Below are positions 23,301 to 31,481 of a stretch of 43,534 nt of DNA, piece after piece; the first letter of the stretch is position 1; every line of letters begins with the position of its first letter. The position numbers were made by a program, and so were the translations under genes. The notes under the pieces were generated by a model. It searched no databases. It had not been told where the DNA came from and saw only the letters and a list, made by a program, of their open reading frames with translations. This DNA is from Candidatus Altiarchaeota archaeon (GTDB taxonomy: Archaea; Altiarchaeota; Altiarchaeia; IMC4; SCGC-AAA252-I15): assembly GCA_043813075.1 (NCBI GenBank), contig JBDRLL010000040.1, positions 1 through 43,534 on the forward strand. Direction: 5' to 3'.

Positions 23301-23578
23301 TGGTTGAAGTGAAAGAACTAGTTGACGCATTGAAGAACGGGAATGTGGTGTTCGGGACGAAGAGCACGGTTGAGCTACTGTTGACTTCAGAGCCTGACAT
23401 GATAATACTGTCCAGCAACTGCCCTAAAGACGAGAAGGAGTCGCTCCTATACTACTCTAAGCTTGCGGGAGTGCCTGTCAAAGTCGCTGAGGAAAAGAGC
23501 ATTGAACTCGGTTCTATGTGCGGGAAACCCTACAGAATATCTGCTGCAGCAATAGTCGCGAAAGGCGGTAAAAGGTAG
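23300..23578 (+). CDS. rpl30e: 50S ribosomal protein L30e
   Basis: GNVVFGTK...SSNCP...ELGSMCGKPY, in its canonical position after rpoA''. Confidence 0.92.
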
Positions 23579-23588
23579 AGGTAATGCC

Positions 23589-24020
23589 GTGAACAAGATA
23601 CGCTTGGGCAAAGACGAGATCAAGTGCATTACATTCTTCGAGTCACTCACCGGGGCCAAGGTCCAGGACTGCGTTGATGAGGAGGGTTTCATGGGCTTCA
23701 TAGTGCGTGCCGGAGACATGGGCCTCGCCATCGGCAAGAAGGGCTCTAACATAGAGCGCGTCCGGAAGGCGTTCGGCAAGAGCGTCTGGATCATAGAATA
23801 CTCTGAAAAGCCGGAGGACTTCATCAAAAACATGTTCCACCAGGCGAACGTGAAGAAGGTGAGCCTTAACGGCGGCAACGACGAGAGAAAAGCAGTGATT
23901 GAGGTCTCCCGCGCCGACAGAACCAAGATAATCGGCCCTGAAGGCCGTAAGATACGGATGGCAAAGAAGCTTGCTAAAAGGCATTTCGACATAGTCGACG
24001 TGTCGGTGAAGACGGTGTGA
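23589..24020 (+). CDS. nusA: Archaeal NusA (KH domains)
   Basis: FESLTGAKVQDC, MGLAIGKKGSNI, IIGPEGRKIRMAKKLAKRHFDI. Confidence 0.95.
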   Translation: MNKIRLGKDEIKCITFFESLTGAKVQDCVDEEGFMGFIVRAGDMGLAIGKKGSNIERVRKAFGKSVWIIEYSEKPEDFIKNMFHQANVKKVSLNGGNDERKAVIEVSRADRTKIIGPEGRKIRMAKKLAKRHFDIVDVSVKTV

Positions 24021-24090
24021 TATTACTTTTATTACCCTACGCATATATTTTTCTTATAACAATGGCCCCTATTAGCCTGCTTTTAAATTA

Positions 24091-24966
24091 ATGGACCCTT
24101 CTCTACTAGATTGCCTTGAAAAGTCGGTAAGATATGCTAATTCAGTTCCTATTCGCCAATTATTCATGGATCCTGAGAGGTTTACACACTCTATCCTGTA
24201 TCATACGCACCAGCTGTTCTCGGATAAGCCATTTAAGACAACGGTCAAGACGTTCTGGGGTGAGCCGATGGATGTTGTCTTTCCAGAGGTTGTTTCAGTT
24301 GGCATATCCTACTGCGGATACAATGATGTCGGGCTCACCCACATGATACTGGATTACTTGAAGTCTGGCATGACATTCCTCGATGTTGGCGCCCACTTTG
24401 GCTTCTACACCCTACTGGCGTCTAGGATGGTCGGCGACGGAGGTCATGTGCACTCGTTCGAGCCAACTCCCAGCTCATTCGAGATTCTCGAGTCGAACGT
24501 CAAAGACCACTCTAATGTTGTCGCACTCAATCTCGCACTCTACTCTCATACGGGAAAACTTTCTTTCAAGGACTATGGGATAACCTATTCAGCCTTTAAC
24601 TCGCATTACTATCCAAGGGTATTATACAATCCCCCGCCACCAGTCACTGAGTATGAAGTCCAGGCGGTTAGATTAGACGAGTATCTATGTGAAAAAGCGA
24701 TTAGGCCCGACTTCATCAAAATCGATGCAGAATCATCGGAATATGATATACTCAAAGGTGGGTGTGATACAATCGAGGAGCATAGGCCAATAATCACTCT
24801 AGAAACCGGGGACCTCGATTATGGAGAAGCATCGAAAAGCGGGCAGTCCATCAAATACCTGTTGGATCGGGGCTACGGGGCGTATGAATACTACGACGGG
24901 AGGATAATCGAGCACCAGCTACTAGACCATTATGCATACGATAACCTATTATTCCTCCCAGAATGA
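24091..24966 (+). CDS. FkbM-family SAM-dependent methyltransferase
   Basis: FLDVGAHFGFYT, VHSFEP, LNLALYS, PDFIKIDAESSEYDILKG. More AT-rich than its neighbours. Confidence 0.9.
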   Translation: MDPSLLDCLEKSVRYANSVPIRQLFMDPERFTHSILYHTHQLFSDKPFKTTVKTFWGEPMDVVFPEVVSVGISYCGYNDVGLTHMILDYLKSGMTFLDVGAHFGFYTLLASRMVGDGGHVHSFEPTPSSFEILESNVKDHSNVVALNLALYSHTGKLSFKDYGITYSAFNSHYYPRVLYNPPPPVTEYEVQAVRLDEYLCEKAIRPDFIKIDAESSEYDILKGGCDTIEEHRPIITLETGDLDYGEASKSGQSIKYLLDRGYGAYEYYDGRIIEHQLLDHYAYDNLLFLPE

Positions 24967-25028
24967 GAAACACTTCCTTTTTATATACTGCTTACCTTAT
25001 ATGTAAAACCTTTTTTACAGGAGATTAA

Positions 25029-25095
25029 TTGCCTGCCGCCCTGTTGAGGGAAATATTGTTGAAGGCGGCTTGGTAACACTATCCTCCTGTTGGAG
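25029..25095 (+). promoter_or_regulatory. Candidate structured 5' leader of rps12
   Basis: TTGCC-T-GCCGCC (25029-40) pairs with GGCGGC-TT-GGTAA (25064-76); inner hairpin CCT-GTTG-AGG; second hairpin CTCC-TGTT-GGAG (25084-95). Lies downstream of TATA-like elements at ~24978-25003. Confidence 0.45.
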
Positions 25096-25110
25096 TAAAG
25101 CTGATATAAG

Positions 25111-25539
25111 ATGGGTAAGGGAGAATTCGCAGCTAAGAAGCTGGAAGGCAAGAGGAAGCATTTTCAATGGAAGAAGTCCGAGTACAGTCGTAGAGTGCTT
25201 AAGCTCAAGGAGAAGCACGACCCCCTGGAGGGTGCCCCGCAGGCTAAGGGGATTGTCCTCGAGAAGGTGGGGATTGAGGCTAAGCAGCCTAACTCCGCCA
25301 TCCGTAAGTGTGTTAGGGTCCAGTTGATAAAGAACGGTAGGCAGCTGACTGCTTTCGCGCCCAGGAACCGTGCCATAACCTTCATAGAGGAGCACGATCA
25401 GGTGACCATAGAGGGTTTGGGCGGTAGGAAGGGGCGTTCTATGGGGGACTTGTCTGGAGTCAGATACAAGGTCATAAAAGTCAACAACATCTCGCTGAAC
25501 GAGCTGGTTCGCGGGAGAAAGGAGAAGCCACAGAGGTAG
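25111..25539 (+). CDS. rps12: 30S ribosomal protein S12 (uS12)
   Basis: [30 protein letters not shown]. Confidence 0.98.
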   Translation: MGKGEFAAKKLEGKRKHFQWKKSEYSRRVLKLKEKHDPLEGAPQAKGIVLEKVGIEAKQPNSAIRKCVRVQLIKNGRQLTAFAPRNRAITFIEEHDQVTIEGLGGRKGRSMGDLSGVRYKVIKVNNISLNELVRGRKEKPQR

Positions 25540-25549
25540 TTAGCATAAA

Positions 25550-25939
25550 ATGAAACACGATCCATTAAACGATTCTATTTCCATGCTGAAGCAGTATGAG
25601 CGGTTAGGCAGAAGTGAATGCGTCCTAAAGCCCACATCCAAGATCCTCATCAACGTCCTGCAGGTCTTCCAGAAGGCTGGTTACATAAACGAGTTCGAAG
25701 TGGAGGACAACGAGCAGGGAGGGTATGTGCGCGTCAGACTCATAAAAAACATAAACGACTGCGGGGTCATAAAGCCTCGTTTCCCTGTTAAAAACAGGGA
25801 ATTCATCAAGTGGGAGAAGCGTTACCTGCCCTCAAGAGGATTCGGCGTCATAGTCGTGTCAACACCGCAGGGCGTCATGAGCCACAGTGACGCGAAGGAG
25901 AAAGGCCTTGGCGGAAGGCTTATAGCATACGTTTACTAA
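25550..25939 (+). CDS. rps8: 30S ribosomal protein S8 (uS8)
   Basis: HDPLND...GYINEFE...INDCGVIKPRFPV...STPQGVMSH...GGRLIAYVY. Confidence 0.97.
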   Translation: MKHDPLNDSISMLKQYERLGRSECVLKPTSKILINVLQVFQKAGYINEFEVEDNEQGGYVRVRLIKNINDCGVIKPRFPVKNREFIKWEKRYLPSRGFGVIVVSTPQGVMSHSDAKEKGLGGRLIAYVY

Positions 25940-25940
25940 G

Positions 25941-26504
25941 ATGGATTCGGATAAACACCACGGGGAGGTCGAGCTTGATGTGTTGGATAAAGTCGAGCTT
26001 AGCGTGGACAACCATAACATAAAAGTCAAGGGTCCTGGGGGGGAGCTTTCAAGGACATTCAACGAGAACTTCATAAAATTCACCCTGAAGGACGGTAACT
26101 TCAGGATAATAGCGGAGTCTAAGAGGCTGCCGTTGAAAAAACAGATGGCTATAATGGGCACAATAAGGTCTCACGTAAAGAATATGATGGAGGGCGTCAC
26201 AGACGGTTTCACATACCGTATGAAGATAGTCTACTCCCATTTCCCGATGAAGGCTATGGTGCAGGGCAATTCATTCGTGGTCGACAACTTCCTAGGTGAA
26301 AAGTATCCCAGGAGGACTAGCATACTCGGGGGAGTGAAGGTTGAGGTTAAGGGGGCTGACGTGACGCTGACCGGAATAGACAAGGAGAAGGTGTCTCAGA
26401 CTGCCGCCAACATAGAGCAGTTGACGAAGATAAAGAACCTGGACCCCAGGGTATTCCAGGATGGCATATACATAACAGAGAAGGCAGGCAAACCAATAAA
26501 ATAA
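25941..26504 (+). CDS. rpl6: 50S ribosomal protein L6 (uL6)
   Basis: VKGPGGEL, IVYSHFPM, NFLGEKYPR, DPRVFQDGIYI. Confidence 0.97.
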   Translation: MDSDKHHGEVELDVLDKVELSVDNHNIKVKGPGGELSRTFNENFIKFTLKDGNFRIIAESKRLPLKKQMAIMGTIRSHVKNMMEGVTDGFTYRMKIVYSHFPMKAMVQGNSFVVDNFLGEKYPRRTSILGGVKVEVKGADVTLTGIDKEKVSQTAANIEQLTKIKNLDPRVFQDGIYITEKAGKPIK

Positions 26505-26505
26505 A

Positions 26506-27216
26506 ATGACTGAATCAAAGGCGAAGAAGAAGGTTGCGGCGGAGAAGCCGGTGAAGAAGGCTGCTGAGCCTAAGGCGAAGAAGAAGGCTGCCGTCAAGAA
26601 GCCGGTGAAGAAGGCTGCTGAGCCTAAGGCGAAGAAGAAGGCTGCCGTCAAGAAGCCGGTGAAGAAGGCTGCCGAATCAAAGGCTAAGAAGGCTGCAGAG
26701 AAGCCGGCCAAGAAGGATGTCAAGCCTGTCAAGGAGCCTGATCTGGAGGTTGTCAAGGCGGATGCTGTTCCGGCGACAGTGCCTGAAGTGAAGGTCAAGA
26801 AGCCTAAGGCCAGAAAGCCGAAGCCTGTAGTCAAGATCAAGTATTCCGGTGACGGGAGCCTGGAGAAATCCGGTAAGTCAAAGCCATGCTTCAACAAGCA
26901 GGAGTACGGTAAGATATTCCGCGTCAAGTCCAGGTGGCGTTCGTCCCGTGGGACAGACAGCAAGAAGGCTGAGGGAAAGCGCGGCAGGGGCAAGTCACCG
27001 TGCATCGGCTACGGGAACCCGTCAAGCATGTCCGGCATAGTGAGGGGCTTCAAGCCTCTTAACGTGGAGAAGATAATGGACCTGGAGGGTGTTGACCCTA
27101 AGACGCAGGCGATAATCATATCAGCCCGTCTGGGCAGGAGAAAACGCAACCAGATCATCGAGGAAGCGAACAAGTTGAAGCTAACGGTTTTAAACCCTCG
27201 TAAGGGGGAAATCTAG
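26506..27216 (+). CDS. rpl32e: 50S ribosomal protein L32e with a ~120-aa Lys/Ala/Pro-rich N-terminal extension
   Basis: C-terminal KPCFNKQEY...WRSSRGTDSK...PCIGYGNP...RRKRNQIIEEA...VLNP, located between L6 and L19e. Confidence 0.92.
   Translation: MTESKAKKKVAAEKPVKKAAEPKAKKKAAVKKPVKKAAEPKAKKKAAVKKPVKKAAESKAKKAAEKPAKKDVKPVKEPDLEVVKADAVPATVPEVKVKKPKARKPKPVVKIKYSGDGSLEKSGKSKPCFNKQEYGKIFRVKSRWRSSRGTDSKKAEGKRGRGKSPCIGYGNPSSMSGIVRGFKPLNVEKIMDLEGVDPKTQAIIISARLGRRKRNQIIEEANKLKLTVLNPRKGEI
26518..26679 (+). repeat. 54-bp tandem repeat (3 copies plus a partial) encoding KAKKKAAVKKPVKKAAEP
   Basis: AAGGCGAAGAAGAAGGCTGCCGTCAAGAAGCCGGTGAAGAAGGCTGCTGAGCCT-type units in tandem. Confidence 0.9.
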
Positions 27217-27219
27217 AAA

Positions 27220-27663
27220 ATGAACCTAACAAGCCAGAAGAAGATAGCGGCGAAGCTTATGAAGGTTGGGGAGACGAGGGTCCAGTTCAATCCAGACCGG
27301 ATTGATGAGGTATCCGACGCCCTTACGCGTGAAGACGTGCGCTACCTGATAAGCAGTGGCGCCATCACTTCTCGGCAGGTCAGGGGAGTGAGCCGGGGCA
27401 GGGCGAGGGACAAGGATGAGCGCAAGTCCAAGGGGAGGAGCAAGGGCCAGGGCAACAGGTCAGGCAAGAAATACGCTCGAGAGTCCAGGAAGGCGAAGTG
27501 GGTTAGTAAGATACGTGCCATACGGGACGAGCTGTGCAAGCTTAGGGACGACGGCAAGCTGGACAAGACGCTCTACCGGAAGCTATACCGTCAGGCTAAC
27601 GGAAATTATTTTCAAAGCAGGAGGCACCTGCGCGAACACATAGAGAGGATAACAAAGAAGTAA
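27220..27663 (+). CDS. rpl19e: 50S ribosomal protein L19e
   Basis: MNLTSQKKIAA...TREDVRYLI...KGQGNRSGKKYAR...YRKLYRQANG. Confidence 0.96.
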   Translation: MNLTSQKKIAAKLMKVGETRVQFNPDRIDEVSDALTREDVRYLISSGAITSRQVRGVSRGRARDKDERKSKGRSKGQGNRSGKKYARESRKAKWVSKIRAIRDELCKLRDDGKLDKTLYRKLYRQANGNYFQSRRHLREHIERITKK

Positions 27664-27664
27664 G

Positions 27665-28198
27665 ATGGCGTCCGGGGCAAAATACGTTGTGCAATACAGG
27701 AGGAAGAGGAAGTCAAAGACAGACTACCACAAGAGGCTGGACCTTCTAAAGTCCGGGCTGCCAAGGCTAGTCGTGAGGCCGTCCAACAAGGGCGTGCTAC
27801 TCCAGCTGGTCGAATACAGTCCAGACGGGGATAAGGTACTCTTCTCGGCGGTCTCGAAGGAGCTTGTCAAGATGGGTTGGAGCCATAGCACGTCAAACAT
27901 TCCAGCCGCATATCTGACGGGCCTGCTGCTGGCGTCAAAGGCAAGGGAGAGTGTTTCAAGTGAAGTCATAGTCGACGATGGCTTCTTCGTCTCCAAGAAG
28001 GGTTCGCGGATATACTCTTCAGTGAAAGGCGTGTTGGATGGTGGTTTAAAGATCAAGGTCGGGGAGGAGATGCTCCCTGATGATTCACTGGTTAATGGGG
28101 AAGCCATAGCGTCATACGTTGAGAAGTCGAAGAACATCCGTCAGGACGTTGAAAAACTAAGGAAGGTCATATCCTCCAAGGAGATGAAAAATGGCTGA
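27665..28198 (+). CDS. rpl18: 50S ribosomal protein L18 (uL18)
   Basis: YRRKRKSKTDYHKRL...PRLVVR...NIPAAYLTG. Confidence 0.96.
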   Translation: MASGAKYVVQYRRKRKSKTDYHKRLDLLKSGLPRLVVRPSNKGVLLQLVEYSPDGDKVLFSAVSKELVKMGWSHSTSNIPAAYLTGLLLASKARESVSSEVIVDDGFFVSKKGSRIYSSVKGVLDGGLKIKVGEEMLPDDSLVNGEAIASYVEKSKNIRQDVEKLRKVISSKEMKNG

Positions 28199-29042
28199 TA
28201 AAAAGAAGGAAAAAGTAGAGGAGGAAGAGGTCTCCGTCTTGGAAGAGGAGGACAAGAAGATAGCTGGCGAAGAGATAGTGGAGGTTGAGGAGTCCGAAAA
28301 CGAGAAGATCATCGAGAAAACCATCAAAAAGAGTGAGAAAGAACTATTCGAAGAGGATAATTCACTCGTCAACTGGAAGCCAAGGACCAGCATCGGCCAG
28401 AAGGTGTACGATGAGGAGATAACCTCGATAGGCGACGTCCTCCGTTTGTCCAGCATGATAAAGGAGGTCGAGATAGTCGAGAAGCTTGTCCCTGAAATCG
28501 AGGAAGAAGTCTTGTGCGTTGACAGGGTTCAGCGTACCACTGACTCCGGCAGGAGGATGCGCTTCAGGGTAGTTGCGGCCGTAGGCAACCGGAACGGGCT
28601 AGTGGGCATCGGGGTTGCGAAAGGCAAGGAGGCGGGTCCGACCATACGAAAGGCCATAGACCGGGCGAAAGTCAGCATAATAGAGATTAAACGCGGTTGC
28701 GGGAGCTGGGAGTGTGGTTGCGGAAACCCGCATACGGTGCCATTCACTGTCAGCGGCAAGAGCGGTAGCGTGGAGGTCGTATTACGGCCTGCGCCCCGTG
28801 GTGTGGGTCTGGTTAGCGGGGAACTTGCAAACAGCATACTCTCACTGGCCGGCATATCTGATGTCTGGGTTAACACGAAGGGTCACACTCGCACAGGAGT
28901 TAACTTCGCGAGGGCGGTGTTCGACGCGTTGACTAACACCAATAGGGTAAAGCTCAAGGAGAATGACATAAACTGTCTGAACGTGAAGTCTGGCGTAGTG
29001 TTGCCTGACCGGAAGCCTGAGGAAGATGTTGAGGTTGAATAG
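28191..29042 (+). CDS. rps5: 30S ribosomal protein S5 (uS5) with an acidic N-terminal extension
   Basis: WKPRTSIG, VQRTTDSGRR, RGCGSWECGCG, PAPRGVGLV. Confidence 0.97.
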   Translation: MADKKKEKVEEEEVSVLEEEDKKIAGEEIVEVEESENEKIIEKTIKKSEKELFEEDNSLVNWKPRTSIGQKVYDEEITSIGDVLRLSSMIKEVEIVEKLVPEIEEEVLCVDRVQRTTDSGRRMRFRVVAAVGNRNGLVGIGVAKGKEAGPTIRKAIDRAKVSIIEIKRGCGSWECGCGNPHTVPFTVSGKSGSVEVVLRPAPRGVGLVSGELANSILSLAGISDVWVNTKGHTRTGVNFARAVFDALTNTNRVKLKENDINCLNVKSGVVLPDRKPEEDVEVE

Positions 29043-29045
29043 ACT

Positions 29046-29537
29046 ATGACTGTCGGAGACAAGGGAAAGGGTGTTGTTGCGGTGCTTCGCGTTAGAGGCA
29101 GCGTCCACTTGCGGAAGAGTATAGGCGATACTCTGAATCTGATGAACCTCAACAAGATAAATCACTGCGTAATCACCAATGCGGGTGTCATAAAGCCGAT
29201 GCTGACGATCGTGAACGACTATGTCACGTGGGGTGAAGTCACTGAGAAAACCCTGGCAGACTTGATACGGAAGCGTGGCAGGGTCATTGGAGACAAGCCT
29301 GTGGACGATGAGTACGTGAAGAAAAACAGTGACTATGACTCGATAGCCTCGCTCTCAAAGGCGATACTTGAAGGTAGTGCAAAGCTCAGGGACGTTAAGG
29401 GCCTTAAGCCGGTTTTCAGGCTGACACCCCCGTTAAAGGGTTTTGAACGCGGCGGGATAAAGAAGAATGTTAAGATAGGCGGCGCACTGGGATACCGTGG
29501 GGAAGAAATGAACAAGCTAATCGAGAGGATGATCTAA
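29046..29537 (+). CDS. rpl30: 50S ribosomal protein L30 (archaeal uL30)
   Basis: AVLRVRG, DYVTWGE, KPVFRLTPPLKG, GALGYRG. Confidence 0.96.
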   Translation: MTVGDKGKGVVAVLRVRGSVHLRKSIGDTLNLMNLNKINHCVITNAGVIKPMLTIVNDYVTWGEVTEKTLADLIRKRGRVIGDKPVDDEYVKKNSDYDSIASLSKAILEGSAKLRDVKGLKPVFRLTPPLKGFERGGIKKNVKIGGALGYRGEEMNKLIERMI

Positions 29538-30043
29538 TGGCTCAGAGGAACCGTAAGACGCAGAAGAGGCGTGGTAGCGTGACGCACGGTTACGGTAACC
29601 GCCAGAAGCATCGTGGCGCAGGAAGCCGCGGTGGGGTGGGAATGGCTGGCAGCAAGAAGCACAAGTGGAATCGTATCTCAAAGGAGATGCCGGGATACTT
29701 CGGCAGGACCGGCTTCACACGTCATAAATCCATCTCAAAGGATGCTAATACCATAAACATCTGCTTCATACAAGACCATCTGGGGCAGTTCATAGAGAAG
29801 GGTGTGGCATCGAAAAAGGGCGACACCTACATGGTGGATCTCACCAAGACGAAGTACGATAAACTGTTAGGCACAGGTAAAGTATCAGCCAAACTAAAGG
29901 TGACTGTGAAATCATGCTCCGCGAAAGCCAGGGATAAGATAACGGCTGCCGGCGGCAGCGTGGAATCACTAGTCCCGTCGACAGCAGGCGAACCCGCATC
30001 AGAGGCTGTTGAAGGAGAGGACTCCGAAGAATTAGAAGACTAG
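29537..30043 (+). CDS. rpl15: 50S ribosomal protein L15 (uL15)
   Basis: RGSVTHGYG, RGAGSRGGVGMAG, YFGRTGF, KLLGTG, AKARDKITAAGG. Confidence 0.96.
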   Translation: MAQRNRKTQKRRGSVTHGYGNRQKHRGAGSRGGVGMAGSKKHKWNRISKEMPGYFGRTGFTRHKSISKDANTINICFIQDHLGQFIEKGVASKKGDTYMVDLTKTKYDKLLGTGKVSAKLKVTVKSCSAKARDKITAAGGSVESLVPSTAGEPASEAVEGEDSEELED

Positions 30044-30052
30044 GCTCTAAAA

Positions 30053-31444
30053 ATGAAGCTAGATTTTATAAGGCCTGTTATAAAATACCTGCCTGAGGTT
30101 AAGCTCCCTGAGAGGAAGATACCCTTCAAGGAGAAGCTAATGTGGACTGGAGTCATACTCCTCTTGTTCTTCATGATGGGCGTCATCTACCCGTACGGCG
30201 TCTCCAGGGAGAGCCTCTCGGAGCACATACGCGGTTTCGAGCAGATGACGATGATCTTCGCGAGCAGCATAGGCTCCCTGACTTCCGTAGGTATCGGCCC
30301 GATAGTCACGTCATCCATCATACTCCAGCTCCTGCAGGGTGCTGACATGATACAGGTCGACTTGAAGACCAAGGAAGGCAAGGCATTGTTCCAGGCTACA
30401 CAGAAGGTTTTGACCATAATACTCGCCTTCTTCGAGGCGGGAGCATTGGTTGTCGCAACCAACATGGTTGAGGGCACAGGCCTGATAGCATTCACTATAC
30501 TCCAGATTGCGATGGGCTCGATAATACTCATGTACATGGACGAGGTGACGTCAAAGTGGGGCATAGGCTCTGGAATCAGCCTGTTCATCGCCGCAGGAGT
30601 CTCGCAGACAATATTGCTCGGCTCCCTCAACCCGTTGAAGAGCGCTGCCGGCCAATACGCGGGATACATCCCGAACTTCATAAGCCAGATGATGTCCGGA
30701 AACCCCAACTACATGCTTTTATGGCCTCTCACCGCCACGGCAATCGTTTTCCTGATGGCCACTCTGGGAGAGTCGATGAAGCTTGAGATACCATTGTCTT
30801 ACGGGGGCATACGCGGTATAGGCGGGCGTTTCCCAATCAAATTCTTCTACGTGTCCAACATCCCGGTCATCCTGGCGGCGGCATTGCTGATGAACGTCAC
30901 GATGTGGGCAGGCTTCGCTGGAGTCGACACTACCGGGGCTGTCTCATTGTCTGAGATGACCGCGTTCCAGCGCATCATATACACAATCACTGATTACCTC
31001 ACACTAGGGAACCTGTATGGAGTCCTCGCTCCTGGGAACTTGGGCATGCTGACAGACACGTCAGTCATAATCCACATGATCATCTACCTGATCGTATTCT
31101 GCGGCCTATGCGTGTTGTTCGGATCCTTCTGGGTTCAGACGACGGGCATGGACAGCGAGTCTGTGGCCAAGCAGATACAGGAGGGCGGCATGCAGATTCC
31201 AGGCTTCAGGAGGGATAAGAGGGTTGTGAAACGGGTCCTCGACAAATACATACCCCAGATAACCATAATCAGCAGCATAGCGGTCGGTCTTGTTGCCGCG
31301 ATAGCCGACATGATGGGTGCGTTGGGGAGCGGCACTGGAATACTATTGACTATAGGGATCCTCTACCGGTTCTACGAGGAGATTCAGAAGGAGCAGATGG
31401 CTGACATGCCGGCTGCGTTCAGGCACTTTATGGGAGTGGACTAA
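30053..31444 (+). CDS. secY: Preprotein translocase SecY (Sec61-alpha)
   Basis: LPEV...KEKLMWT, GIGPIVTSSIILQLL, SKWGIGSGISLFI, YVSNIPVIL, QIPGFRRD, GSGTGILL. Confidence 0.98.
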   Translation: MKLDFIRPVIKYLPEVKLPERKIPFKEKLMWTGVILLLFFMMGVIYPYGVSRESLSEHIRGFEQMTMIFASSIGSLTSVGIGPIVTSSIILQLLQGADMIQVDLKTKEGKALFQATQKVLTIILAFFEAGALVVATNMVEGTGLIAFTILQIAMGSIILMYMDEVTSKWGIGSGISLFIAAGVSQTILLGSLNPLKSAAGQYAGYIPNFISQMMSGNPNYMLLWPLTATAIVFLMATLGESMKLEIPLSYGGIRGIGGRFPIKFFYVSNIPVILAAALLMNVTMWAGFAGVDTTGAVSLSEMTAFQRIIYTITDYLTLGNLYGVLAPGNLGMLTDTSVIIHMIIYLIVFCGLCVLFGSFWVQTTGMDSESVAKQIQEGGMQIPGFRRDKRVVKRVLDKYIPQITIISSIAVGLVAAIADMMGALGSGTGILLTIGILYRFYEEIQKEQMADMPAAFRHFMGVD

Positions 31445-31481
31445 AAACTATTTTTATCTTCTCTCAATCCCTATTCATCTT

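Noticed and set aside
24291-27958. Isolated TGTTTCA heptamers inside the FkbM and L18 genes as more operator sites
   Set aside because: They are single boxes in coding sequence without the palindrome or 21/22-bp phasing, as expected by chance.
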